DNA of 18,078 nt from Gemmatimonadales bacterium (GCA_039794085.1 JBDIWC010000067.1:1-18078), one strand, 5' to 3'. Shown: positions 5,324 to 14,448, counted from the first letter of the stretch. The notes: generated from the letters alone by a model not told the origin. A program made the numbers and translations.

Positions 5324-7240
5324 TCAGCCCCCGGAGGCGGTCACCAGGATCGGCTGGCTGGTCAGCAGGGATCCGTTCGCTCGGCGCACCTCCAGGGAAT
5401 AGGACCCGGGGCGGGGGAATCGCACCTGCATGTCACGGGTCTCCCCGATGCTGACGGTGGTACGGGCCTCGCTCCGTGTCCGCTGCCACTGCGGGAGATC
5501 GTATCCATCCCGTGCGAGAGGGGTCCACCGGATCGGAACCCCTCCACCGACGAGCCAGAACTCGAGATTGGGGCCCCCCATCGAGATGTTCATCAGGCGG
5601 AACCGGTAGTCCGTGCCCGCCTGGAGTTCCCGCACCGGGTGCTCGGTGCGCCCATTCAGAATGGGGGCAAAGTCCGCGCCCTCCCCGATCTGAAAAACGA
5701 AGTCGTGAGCGGGATCCCACGATTCCCCGGGCTCCAGCACGAGCAGTGCACCCCAGAGGCCCCGGCTCTGCTGGATCAGGTCGTTGATGTGGGTGTGGTA
5801 CATGAAGCTCCCGCTCCGGGGCGGTGTCACCCGCACCTCGAACGTCCCCCCCGACCGGATCGCCGGAGCGGGGGACGTGGCGTATCCACCCACACCGACC
5901 ACACCGTCGAAGGGGCTCTCGATTTCGAGTCCATGCCAATGAACCGAGGTGGGCTGGGGCGTGTTGTTGTGCACCAGAATGCTGGTCGGTTCGCCGCGCC
6001 GCATCACGATCGTGGCCCCGGGAGCCTGGACTGAATCGGCCGAGGGGGGAGCGGCGCCCTCCTGGAGCACGTACCCGTAACGCCGGAGAGAGTCGGTCGG
6101 GGTCGAGTCGGACTGGATGTAGAGGTGAAGCTGGCGCCGGGCGCTCTCGGCGGGCGGGGTCCACCCCGGAGCGGGCCGGACCTGCATCGCGATCATGAGC
6201 CCTCCCATCCCCCGCTCGACATGATCGTCGGGATGGTCGAGATGGCCCATGAAAAGTTCGTGTTCCCGTTGTTCCTTCGTGGGGCGCAGCTCGGGCCCGA
6301 TCCCGGTATTCGGGGCCACGTGCCAGTTGAGATGGCAATGGAAAACCCACCCGCCGGGCCGGTCCGGGGAGAAGCTCATCCGCATCGTGGCCCCGGGGAC
6401 CAGACGTTGGGTTACCGCCATGGTGCGCTGGGACTCCCAGTAGACGGTGTCGCGGACCATGTCACCCAGGGCATCGAGCCGGAAGTAGAAGCCGTGGAGA
6501 TGGAAGGGGTGAACATCCGCGCTGGTGTTGATGATCCGCCAGTGAACCGAGTCACCCACCGTATACTCGAACCGCTCGGTCCGGGGCCAGGGACGGCCGT
6601 TGATCGTGAAGAGCTCATGGTCGAGGTTTGGTTCGCCAACCGAATCGCGAGTCTGGACCCAGAATCCGGCCACCAGGATTCGATCCTTCGGGGGCCCGGT
6701 GGTACCCGCTGGATCCACGACAAGGGCGCCGTGCAGCTGGCTGTCCTCGTAGACGCGCGTGGCCACGCTGTTGCCGGGGAATCCGCCCCAGTAGTAGTAG
6801 GTCCCCTCGACGTCCGCGGTGAAGGACGCGGTGCCGGTCTGCCCCGGGGAAAGGACCAGGGTGTCGAGCATCGTCTGGCGGCGCCCGGAGAGACCATGCA
6901 CCACGATGGTGGTATCCAGGGTATTGGTGACGGTCACCTGCAGGGGGGTACCCTCGACCACCCGGATCATCGGGCCCGGGATCTCGGGACCTCGTCCCAC
7001 CTCCTGAAAGGCGAGGATCCGTTCCTTTCCTCCCTTCGGCCCGGCCGGCTCCCACTCCCCCTCGACGACTTCCAGGGCAATCACGGTCGCGCTCTCCCGG
7101 ACCGTGCCGGCGGCGCGCAGGTTGTCATTCTGGGCGACCCGGGGGAGAACCCGCTCTCCGGACCCGGTCACCACGAGAGGCACGCTCAGGCCCAGAAGTC
7201 CAGCCGCAACAAGTCCCGTGACCTTCGGAGTCGAACGCAT
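5324..7240 (-). CDS. Secreted multicopper oxidase with four cupredoxin domains in non-canonical order
   Basis: Signal peptide, IPGPMIRVVEG, HPFHLHG, WVFHCHLNWH...HVERGM, SVHWHG, FMYHTH and YRFRLMNIS. Confidence 0.92.
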   Translation of the reverse strand: MRSTPKVTGLVAAGLLGLSVPLVVTGSGERVLPRVAQNDNLRAAGTVRESATVIALEVVEGEWEPAGPKGGKERILAFQEVGRGPEIPGPMIRVVEGTPLQVTVTNTLDTTIVVHGLSGRRQTMLDTLVLSPGQTGTASFTADVEGTYYYWGGFPGNSVATRVYEDSQLHGALVVDPAGTTGPPKDRILVAGFWVQTRDSVGEPNLDHELFTINGRPWPRTERFEYTVGDSVHWRIINTSADVHPFHLHGFYFRLDALGDMVRDTVYWESQRTMAVTQRLVPGATMRMSFSPDRPGGWVFHCHLNWHVAPNTGIGPELRPTKEQREHELFMGHLDHPDDHVERGMGGLMIAMQVRPAPGWTPPAESARRQLHLYIQSDSTPTDSLRRYGYVLQEGAAPPSADSVQAPGATIVMRRGEPTSILVHNNTPQPTSVHWHGLEIESPFDGVVGVGGYATSPAPAIRSGGTFEVRVTPPRSGSFMYHTHINDLIQQSRGLWGALLVLEPGESWDPAHDFVFQIGEGADFAPILNGRTEHPVRELQAGTDYRFRLMNISMGGPNLEFWLVGGGVPIRWTPLARDGYDLPQWQRTRSEARTTVSIGETRDMQVRFPRPGSYSLEVRRANGSLLTSQPILVTASGG

Positions 7241-7357
7241 TCGTCACCCTCGTCGTGAAGGAATCAGGCGAGCCACCGAGCCATCAATGTGTAAAGTTGC
7301 TGACAAATCCTACGGTACCGGTCGGGTTTGCGCAAGAACCCGGTCCGGGGTGCTCGG

Positions 7358-8917
7358 TGTCACACGAAGGCACGAAGTCACGAAGAAGAGAGGGGTTGGA
7401 GACGGGATCGGTGGATCGTGGGTGTTGGAGGGTCGGTCAACCAACAAGCCTTGGGGTGTTTGATCTCACGCGAAGACGCGAAGGCGCGAAGAAGAGAGTG
7501 TCGGGCAATTGGGGGCGCGGGAAGGCATACGGTATGCCAGGAGCATCAAGGGGTGGCTAGGATGAGGGAGGGGGCCCGCGCCAGGGTCCGCGTGTGACAG
7601 GGCAGCGCCGGGTGCCCACCACAACTCGAACGCCACTCATCGGTTCCTCGCAGGTTGGCGTGAAACAGTTCACTGCTGGTGACACGGGGGCTATCCTGTC
7701 CCTACGCGAATGTAACGCCGAACGGTTACAGGGCTCGGCTCGCGCGCTTGGCTCTCGTTTATCGGCTCCGGCCGGGGTGATTCCGGTTACCCGTCATGCA
7801 CGTTCAGGCTTTACAGTCTCACACGAAGACACGAAGGCACGAAGGTGAACGTGAAAGAGTGCCGCAGCAGGCATGCATCATTCTGGTGGAGTGGCCCCTG
7901 GCGCGAGATCATCACGTTCAGGCCCTCCCCTGCCGTCTCGCTCGAAGACACGAGGACGCCCTTCGTGCCTTCGTGTCTTCGTGTGACCACATCGTCCGCG
8001 CAGGTCGAGGCAGGATGTTCCGAGGCGCGTGATGGACCGTACGGTATGCCGAGGACAAAGAACACAGGGGAGGAGGCGGTTCATGCGGCCAGACGACAAT
8101 GCAAGGACCGAACTTGATCCCGAGCAGTTCTCCGCCATCGTGGTGGATGCCGCGTTCCATCTGCATCGGGATCTGGGTCCAGGATTGCTCGAATCGGTCT
8201 ACCAGGTGCTCCTGGCGCGGGTACTGGAAAGGCGTGGACTGCGCGTCGAGCTCCAGAAACCGGTCATTTTTGACTACGACGGGCTTCGCTTCGAGGGAGG
8301 ATTGCGGGTCGACCTCCTGGTGAACGGGAAACTTGTGGTCGAGTTGAAGTCGGTCGAGAAGCTGGCCCCGGTCCACGCCAAGCAGGTACTTACCTACCTC
8401 CGTCTCCTCGGGTTGCCGCTCGGGCTCCTGATCAACTTCGGCGCGGCTACCTTCCGCGAGGGCTGCAAACGCATCGTGAACGGCCCGCAGGCAGTTGCCC
8501 TCTCACAGCTGCGGGTGAATCGGCAGTCACCTCCGGCGGATGTCGGTTCGAGGCAAGTCGGTTGTTTGATCTCACACGAAGACACGAAGACACGAAGACA
8601 CGAAGGGGGTGACCGCCCGCTCGCATCGAAGCGAGATATTCCGAAATGGGCGATGGACTGTGCGGTACGCCGAGCCAAGGACACCGACGAAGAAGAGGCC
8701 ACGTCATGCAGCAAGCCGAAGATACGAGTAACGAAACTCAGTGTCGTTTCGGGGTAAAAGCGGCTATCCAACCTCACGCGAAGACACGAAGGCACGAAGA
8801 TGAATCGGAGGGGCAGGCCCATTTTATAACACGCCAAGCCATTCCCGATCGGATCAAGGCACTCTGAAGGAGATGGCGACGCTCACCCCCTTCGTGCCTT
8901 CGTGCCTTCGTGTGACC
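7358..8917. repeat. Cluster of eight TCA-(CACGAAGN)3-4 octamer elements around the GxxExxY gene
   Basis: Forward copies: 7358-7385, 7464-7491 (CGCGAAG variant), 7817-7844, 7936-7956 (degenerate), 8570-8605 (4 units) and 8772-8799. Reverse copies: 7961-7988 and 8890-8917. Confidence 0.92.
8083..8757 (+). CDS. GxxExxY protein (PDDEXK_3 nuclease-like) with a repeat-derived C-terminal read-through extension
   Basis: AGGAGG RBS at 8071-8076. Motifs LHRDLGPGLLESVY, RVDLLV..KLVVELKSVE, HAKQVLTYLRL and GLLINFG...KRIVN. The conserved domain ends at ~8481. Confidence 0.93.
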   Translation: MRPDDNARTELDPEQFSAIVVDAAFHLHRDLGPGLLESVYQVLLARVLERRGLRVELQKPVIFDYDGLRFEGGLRVDLLVNGKLVVELKSVEKLAPVHAKQVLTYLRLLGLPLGLLINFGAATFREGCKRIVNGPQAVALSQLRVNRQSPPADVGSRQVGCLISHEDTKTRRHEGGDRPLASKRDIPKWAMDCAVRRAKDTDEEEATSCSKPKIRVTKLSVVSG

Positions 8918-9007
8918 CCTCTGCTCTTCCCCCTGCCGGTTGACCCGCGCCCGCCGAGTCGCGATTCTACGGGGTTGTTCCTCTCCCCATCCCCTGGAGC
9001 ACTACCC

Positions 9008-12000
9008 ATGCGGCGACCCCTGATCGCACTCGGATCCCTGGCCTTTCTCCTTCTGTCCGCGGCACAACCGGCGCCGGCCCAGACCCTTCTCCTTCGCCAG
9101 CCCACGGTCAGCGCCCGGCAGATCGCCTTCTCCTACGCCAACAACATCTGGATCGTGGACCGCGCCGGCGGGAACGCCCACCGGCTCACCAGCTTCCAGG
9201 GCCAGGAAACCAACCCCAAGCTCTCCCCCGACGGACGCTGGGTCGCCTTCAGCGGACAGTACGGCGGCAACACCGACGTCTACCTCGTGCCCTCGGAGGG
9301 GGGCGAGCCCACCCGGCTCACCTGGCATACCTCGCCCGACCTGGTGCAAGGGTGGTCTCCCGATGGCCGGCGTGTGGTGTTCACCTCCACCCGTGCCGCT
9401 GCGCCGTCCGGAACTGCGGTCAATTTCTGGAGCGTGTCCACCGAGGGCGGGCTCCCGGCGCCGCTGCCGATGCACCGCGGATGGCAGGGGAAGTATTCCC
9501 CCGACGGATCCCGGTTCGCCTACCGGCTCGCCACCAGTTGGGATGACGAGCGACGCAACTACCGCGGGGGACAGAACAAGCCGATCTGGATCGTGAACCT
9601 TCCCGGTCTCGACCTGGAGACGGTGCCCTGGGAGGGGAGCAAGGACATCGACCCGGTGTGGGTGGGGGAGACGGTCTACTTCGCCTCCGACCGCGACTGG
9701 GTGAGCAACGTCTGGTCTTACAACACGCGCACCAGGACCGTCGCCCAGGTGACCACCTTCACCGACTTCGACGTGAAGGCACTCGATGCCGGCGGCGGCG
9801 CGGTGGTGTTCGAGCAGGGAGGCCGGATTCACCTCCTCGACCCGGCCACCGGCCGGAGTGCTCCGGTCAACATCACCGTCCGGGGCGACTTCCCCTGGCT
9901 CATGCCCACCTGGCAGCAGGTGCAGAACCGGATTGTGAACGCCGCCCTCTCCCCGACGGGCAAACGCGCCGTCTTCGAGGCCCGGGGGGAGATCTTCACC
10001 GTCCCCGCCGACAAGGGTGACTGGCGCAACCTCTCCAACAGCGCCACAAGCGCCGAACGGAACCCGGCCTGGAGCCCGGACGGGAAATGGATCAGCTGGT
10101 TCACCGACGCGAGCGGCGAGTACCAGCTCGTGATCGCTCCGCAGGACGGGCTCGGCGACAAGCGCACCATCCGGCTTCCCAACCCCTCGTTCCAGTACAC
10201 CCCGTCCTGGAGTCCCGATTCGAAGAAGCTCCTCTTCACCGACACCGGGCTCCGGCTTCAGGTCGTGGACGTGGAGAGCGGTCGCGTCACCCATGCCGAC
10301 ACCGACACCTACATGGCACCGGCCCGCACCATGGATCCGGTGTGGAGCCCCGACTCCCGCTGGATCGCGTATGCCAAGCGTCAGCCCAGCCAGTTCCACG
10401 CGGTGCATGTGTATGACGTTCAGGAAGGCCGCACGCACCAGGTGACCGACGGGCTCTCCGATGCCCTGTCGCCGACCTGGGACGCCTCGGGCAAGTATCT
10501 CTGGTTCCTCGCCTCCACCAACTTCGCCCTCAACACCGGCTGGCTCGACATGACGAGCTACGACCGGCCGGTGACCCGGGCCCTCTACCTGGCGGTGCTT
10601 TCCCGCACCGAGGCGTCACCCCTCGCGCCGGAGAGCGACGAGGAGGGGGTGGCCCCCGACTCCAGCGCCCGGCCCGGACGCGGGACCCCGGCCGCTCCCA
10701 CCGTCTCCATCGATTTCGACGGCCTGACCAGCCGGATCCTCTCCGTCGACGTGACACCGCGGAACTACGGCGACCTGCGCGCGGGACCGGCAGGCACGGT
10801 GTTCTTCCTGGAGAACCTCCCCGCCACCGGGGTCGGCGGCGGTCCTCCACCCGCCAACGCGCTCCATCGCTACCAGCTCAAGGACCGGGAAGCGAAGCCC
10901 TTCCTCCCCAACGTTCAGGCCTATACTCTCTCGGCCGACGGCAAGAAGCTGCTCTACCGCACCCCGGGGCAGAACGGCTCCTGGGCCATCGTCGATGCCG
11001 ACAAGGCCCCCCCGCCCCCGCAGGGTACCGTGGGCCGGCTCAACCTCGCCTCCCTCCGCATGCGGGTGGACCCGACGGTGGAGTATCCGCAGATGTTCGC
11101 CGAAGGGTGGCGGATCCAGCGCGACTACCTCTATGTGCCCAACGCGCATGGGTCGGACTGGCCGCGGATGAAGACGATGTACCAGCCGTTCCTGTCCCAC
11201 GTGCGGCACCGAGCCGACTTCAACTACCTGATGGACATGATGGGCGGGGAACTCGCCATCGGGCACAGCTACGTGCGGGGCGGCGATTTCCCCGACATCC
11301 CCAACGCCACCGTCGGATATCTCGGCGCCGACTACACCATCACCAACAACCGGTACCGGATCGCGAAGATCTACACCGGCGAGAGCTGGAACCCGCAGTT
11401 GCAGGCACCGCTCAGCGGGCCCGGCCTGAACGTGGCCGCGGGCGACTACCTGATGGCGATCGACGGCGTCCCCCTCGCGGGCACCGACAACATCCACCAG
11501 GTCATGGAGGGCCGAGCCGGACGCCAGACCGTTCTCACCCTCAATGCCCAGCCGTCACTCACCGGTGCACGACAGGTGACCGTGGTTCCGGTCGGGAACG
11601 AGAACGGGCTCCGGCAGTTCGACTGGATCGAGTCGAACCGGCGGAAGGTTGATTCCCTCTCCAGCGGCCGACTGGCCTACATCTACGTCCCCAACACCGG
11701 GCAGCCGGGGTATACCTACTTCAACCGGTACTTCTTTGCCCAGCAGCACAAGCCGGGCGCCATCATCGACGAGCGCTACAACGGCGGCGGTTCCGCGGCC
11801 GACTACATGGTCGAGGTGATGAACCGGAAGCTGCTCGGCTACTTCAACAACGCCGTGGGAGAGCGCCAGCCGTTCACCACGCCGGGCGCCGGGATCTGGG
11901 GCCCCAAGGTCATGATCATCAACGAGATGGCGGGCTCCGGCGGGGATCTTCTCCCTCACATGTTCCGCACACTCGGCATCGGCCCGATCGTGGGCCAACG

Positions 12001-12301
12001 CACCTGGGGTGGGCTGGTCGGAACCTGGGACACTCCGCCCTTCATCGACGGCGGCTCGATGATCGCCCCGCGAGGCGGGTTCTATGATCTGGAGGGGAAG
12101 TGGGCCGTGGAGAACGAGGGAGTGCCGGCCGACATCGAGGTGGAGAACACCCCGAAGGAGGTCGCCGCGGGACACGACCCCCAGCTCGAGCGGGCGGTGC
12201 AGGAAGCACTCCGGCTCCTGGAGCAGAACCCGGTGGTGCTGAAGCCCGAACCGCCACCACCGACCCACGGCCGCCGGAAGAAGCCCGGGAGTGGGGAGTA
12301 G
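9008..12301 (+). CDS. Tricorn protease-like S41 peptidase (PD40 beta-propellers, PDZ and catalytic domain)
   Basis: Signal peptide after GGAG, repeated P.WSPDG motifs, GELAIGHSY, IIDERYNGGG, INEMAGSGGD, GQRTWGGLVG, ENEGVPADIEV and DPQLERAV. Confidence 0.95.
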   Translation: MRRPLIALGSLAFLLLSAAQPAPAQTLLLRQPTVSARQIAFSYANNIWIVDRAGGNAHRLTSFQGQETNPKLSPDGRWVAFSGQYGGNTDVYLVPSEGGEPTRLTWHTSPDLVQGWSPDGRRVVFTSTRAAAPSGTAVNFWSVSTEGGLPAPLPMHRGWQGKYSPDGSRFAYRLATSWDDERRNYRGGQNKPIWIVNLPGLDLETVPWEGSKDIDPVWVGETVYFASDRDWVSNVWSYNTRTRTVAQVTTFTDFDVKALDAGGGAVVFEQGGRIHLLDPATGRSAPVNITVRGDFPWLMPTWQQVQNRIVNAALSPTGKRAVFEARGEIFTVPADKGDWRNLSNSATSAERNPAWSPDGKWISWFTDASGEYQLVIAPQDGLGDKRTIRLPNPSFQYTPSWSPDSKKLLFTDTGLRLQVVDVESGRVTHADTDTYMAPARTMDPVWSPDSRWIAYAKRQPSQFHAVHVYDVQEGRTHQVTDGLSDALSPTWDASGKYLWFLASTNFALNTGWLDMTSYDRPVTRALYLAVLSRTEASPLAPESDEEGVAPDSSARPGRGTPAAPTVSIDFDGLTSRILSVDVTPRNYGDLRAGPAGTVFFLENLPATGVGGGPPPANALHRYQLKDREAKPFLPNVQAYTLSADGKKLLYRTPGQNGSWAIVDADKAPPPPQGTVGRLNLASLRMRVDPTVEYPQMFAEGWRIQRDYLYVPNAHGSDWPRMKTMYQPFLSHVRHRADFNYLMDMMGGELAIGHSYVRGGDFPDIPNATVGYLGADYTITNNRYRIAKIYTGESWNPQLQAPLSGPGLNVAAGDYLMAIDGVPLAGTDNIHQVMEGRAGRQTVLTLNAQPSLTGARQVTVVPVGNENGLRQFDWIESNRRKVDSLSSGRLAYIYVPNTGQPGYTYFNRYFFAQQHKPGAIIDERYNGGGSAADYMVEVMNRKLLGYFNNAVGERQPFTTPGAGIWGPKVMIINEMAGSGGDLLPHMFRTLGIGPIVGQRTWGGLVGTWDTPPFIDGGSMIAPRGGFYDLEGKWAVENEGVPADIEVENTPKEVAAGHDPQLERAVQEALRLLEQNPVVLKPEPPPPTHGRRKKPGSGE

Positions 12302-12310
12302 GAAAGAGGG

Positions 12311-12331
12311 AGGCTCCTTGCTGCGTTCGGG
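12311..12331. repeat. REP-like element (partner 17484-17504)
   Basis: AGGCTCCTTGCTGCGTTCGGG versus AGGCTCCTTGCTTCGCTCGGG, 19/21 identical. Confidence 0.65.
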
Positions 12332-12375
12332 ACCGGTGCAAAGGTCGTCAGTACCTCGAGACTCCGGACGCAGGT

Positions 12376-12415
12376 TCCCCTCTCCCGTTTGCGGGAGAGG
12401 GGACAGGGGTGAGGG
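12376..12415. repeat. REP-like palindrome of the CCCTCACCCC...CCTCTCCC-loop-GGGAGAGGG type
   Basis: Perfect 12-bp stem TCCCCTCTCCCG-tttg-CGGGAGAGGGGA followed by CAGGGGTGAGGG. Confidence 0.8.
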
Positions 12416-12455
12416 CACATGTGGAGTACCGACACGCGCGAAAGGCGTTCCAAAC

Positions 12456-13841
12456 ATGTTGAGGCTCATGTTGCTGGCCGTTCTGCAGGGACCCGTATCG
12501 CCCTCGTTCGTGGCGGTGCGGGACTCGGTCGTGGCCCTGGTCGACGTCCGGATCATCGACGGCACCGGGGCGCCCGCCCGCGAGCACCAGACCCTCATCC
12601 TGCAGGGAGGCCGGATCGCCGCAATGGGCGACCGGACGACCACTCCGGTCCCCGCGGGAGCCCGGGAGCTCCTGCTCACCGGCCGCAGCGTGCTCCCCGG
12701 GTGGGTCATGCTTCACGAACACCTCTTCTACGTGGCGGGAGACGGGGCCTATCCCACTCATTCGGTCAGCTTCCCTCGGCTCTATCTGGCAGGCGGGGCC
12801 ACGACGATCCGCACCGCAGGCAACATGGGAGGGTACACCGACTTCAACATCAAGCGGATGATCGATTCGGGCCAGATCCCCGGACCCGACATCGAGGTGA
12901 CCGCGCCCTACCTCAACGGACCGGGCCTTCCGATTCCAGGGGTGAAGGCCCTGCGCAACGCCGATGACGCGAAGCGGATGGTCGAGTACTGGGCCGGGGA
13001 GGGCGCCACCAGCTTCAAGGCCTACATGCAGATCAGCCGAGCCGAGCTTGGGGCTGCCATCAAGGCGGCGCATTCACGGGGGCTCAGGGTGACGGGGCAC
13101 CTCTGTTCCGTCACCTACCGCGAAGCGGCCGATCTCGGCATCGACAACCTGGAACACGGGTTCTTCGCCGCCACCGATTTCGTGACGGACAAGGAGCCCG
13201 ATCGCTGCCCGGGGGCCACCGCGGGGCGTCGGGCGATGGCCAGTCAGAACCCGTCGAGCCCCGCGGTCCAGGAATGGCTCCGCCACCTGGTATCCCGGAA
13301 CGTGGCCGTCACCTCTACGCTCACGGTGATGGAAACGTCCGTGCCGGGACAACCCAAGGCGCCGGAGGGAGCGCTCGAGGCGATGCTGCCCCAGGCGCGG
13401 GAGCGGTATGAACGGACCTGGGCCCGCGTTGCCCGGGACTCGACCGGTCGCGCCCGGGCGGAATACGAGCGGCTCGCGGCCCTGGAACGGGAATTTGTTC
13501 GCTTGGGAGGATTGCTCGTGGTGGGGACCGATCCCACCGGATACGGCGGCGTGGTGCCCGGATATGCCAACCAGCGGGCGGTGGAGCTCCTGGTCGAGGC
13601 GGGGTTCACCCCGTTGGAGGCGATTCGCATCGCGACGCTCAACGGGGCAACCTATCTCGGACTCAAGGTCGGGATCGGGAGCGTCACCCTCGGCAAGGAC
13701 GCCGACCTGATCGTGATCACAGGGGCCCCGGATGAGCGCATCAGCGATGTGCGCAACGTGGAGCTGGTGTTCAAGAAGGGGATCGGGTACGACAGCCCGG
13801 CGATGTTCCGGTCGGTGAAGGGATTGGTGGGCTGGAAATGA
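12456..13841 (+). CDS. Amidohydrolase family protein, probably secreted
   Basis: IIDGTG, VLPGWVMLHEH, LAGGATTIRTAG, SFKAY, VTGHL, LEHG, VGTD, ATLNGA and GKDADL. Confidence 0.93.
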   Translation: MLRLMLLAVLQGPVSPSFVAVRDSVVALVDVRIIDGTGAPAREHQTLILQGGRIAAMGDRTTTPVPAGARELLLTGRSVLPGWVMLHEHLFYVAGDGAYPTHSVSFPRLYLAGGATTIRTAGNMGGYTDFNIKRMIDSGQIPGPDIEVTAPYLNGPGLPIPGVKALRNADDAKRMVEYWAGEGATSFKAYMQISRAELGAAIKAAHSRGLRVTGHLCSVTYREAADLGIDNLEHGFFAATDFVTDKEPDRCPGATAGRRAMASQNPSSPAVQEWLRHLVSRNVAVTSTLTVMETSVPGQPKAPEGALEAMLPQARERYERTWARVARDSTGRARAEYERLAALEREFVRLGGLLVVGTDPTGYGGVVPGYANQRAVELLVEAGFTPLEAIRIATLNGATYLGLKVGIGSVTLGKDADLIVITGAPDERISDVRNVELVFKKGIGYDSPAMFRSVKGLVGWK

Positions 13842-13843
13842 AA

Positions 13844-13921
13844 TTGGGCGGTAGGCTGTAGGCGGTGGGCGGTAGGGGGGAATTACATACGCCCGGGGGT
13901 GGGTGTTGGGTGTTGGGTGTT
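13844..13921 (+). repeat. Heptamer arrays (GTAGGCG-type x5 and GGGTGTT x3)
   Basis: 13844-13878: ttgggcg gtaggct gtaggcg gtgggcg gtagggg. 13901-13921: gggtgtt x3. Confidence 0.85.
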
Positions 13922-13944
13922 CGTCACCCGGTGTTCTCGACGTG

Positions 13945-14448
13945 TCAGCAGACGGGCGGGAACTTGCCCGGTTCGAGGGCCAGGTAATTCATGTACAGGG
14001 TGTCGGGCGGATTCCGGTCCGGGCGCCGAATGGGAGCGCGATCCTGGGTGGCGCTGCAGATGAAGGCTCCGTTACGGTTTGGGAGGGCGGTCAAGAACAC
14101 CTGGTGACGATACCCCGGTCCGAGCTGGAGTTCGGTTCGGACCTCCGCGAGCGTGTCTCCCGAGGCGTCCACCAGCACCGCTCGGAGCGGCCACAAACCT
14201 TCACCTGGTATGCCGACTGTCTCGCTCTCCAGGAGATCCCCTCCCGTGGACACGAAAGCTGTCCCCAGAAAGCCCACCTCCCCCCTGAGGCCGGCGACCA
14301 CCCGCACCTCCTGCACCGGATTCCCGGCAGTTCCGAACCAGGTCACCATCAGGGTGCCCCCCTCGGGTTCCTGGCACCCGACGAGACACCACGAGCCCAG
14401 GGTGAGGAGCCGGAGCCATCCTCTGTGAGAATTGTACCATGCGCGCAT
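13945..14448 (-). CDS. Hypothetical lipoprotein (~167 aa)
   Basis: Possible signal peptide with lipobox LVG|C, a beta-strand-like body and two Cys near the C-terminus. It fills the gap downstream of the TPR gene. The start is uncertain. Confidence 0.55.
   Translation of the reverse strand: MRAWYNSHRGWLRLLTLGSWCLVGCQEPEGGTLMVTWFGTAGNPVQEVRVVAGLRGEVGFLGTAFVSTGGDLLESETVGIPGEGLWPLRAVLVDASGDTLAEVRTELQLGPGYRHQVFLTALPNRNGAFICSATQDRAPIRRPDRNPPDTLYMNYLALEPGKFPPVC

Noticed and set aside
7358..8917. CRISPR array (28-nt repeats with spacers next to a nuclease)
   Set aside because: The repeats are internally tandem octamers in both orientations with irregular spacing of roughly 80-600 nt, and there are no cas genes.
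8873..9007. Extended N-termini for tricorn (8873), the amidohydrolase (12291), MscS (17636) and the hypothetical lipoprotein (14643)
   Set aside because: The extensions are translations of intergenic repeats. Downstream ATGs give proper signal peptides or family-typical starts.
12376..12403. Rho-independent terminator after the tricorn gene
   Set aside because: There is no U-tract on either strand, and the adjoining GGGGTGAGGG tail marks it as a REP-type element.
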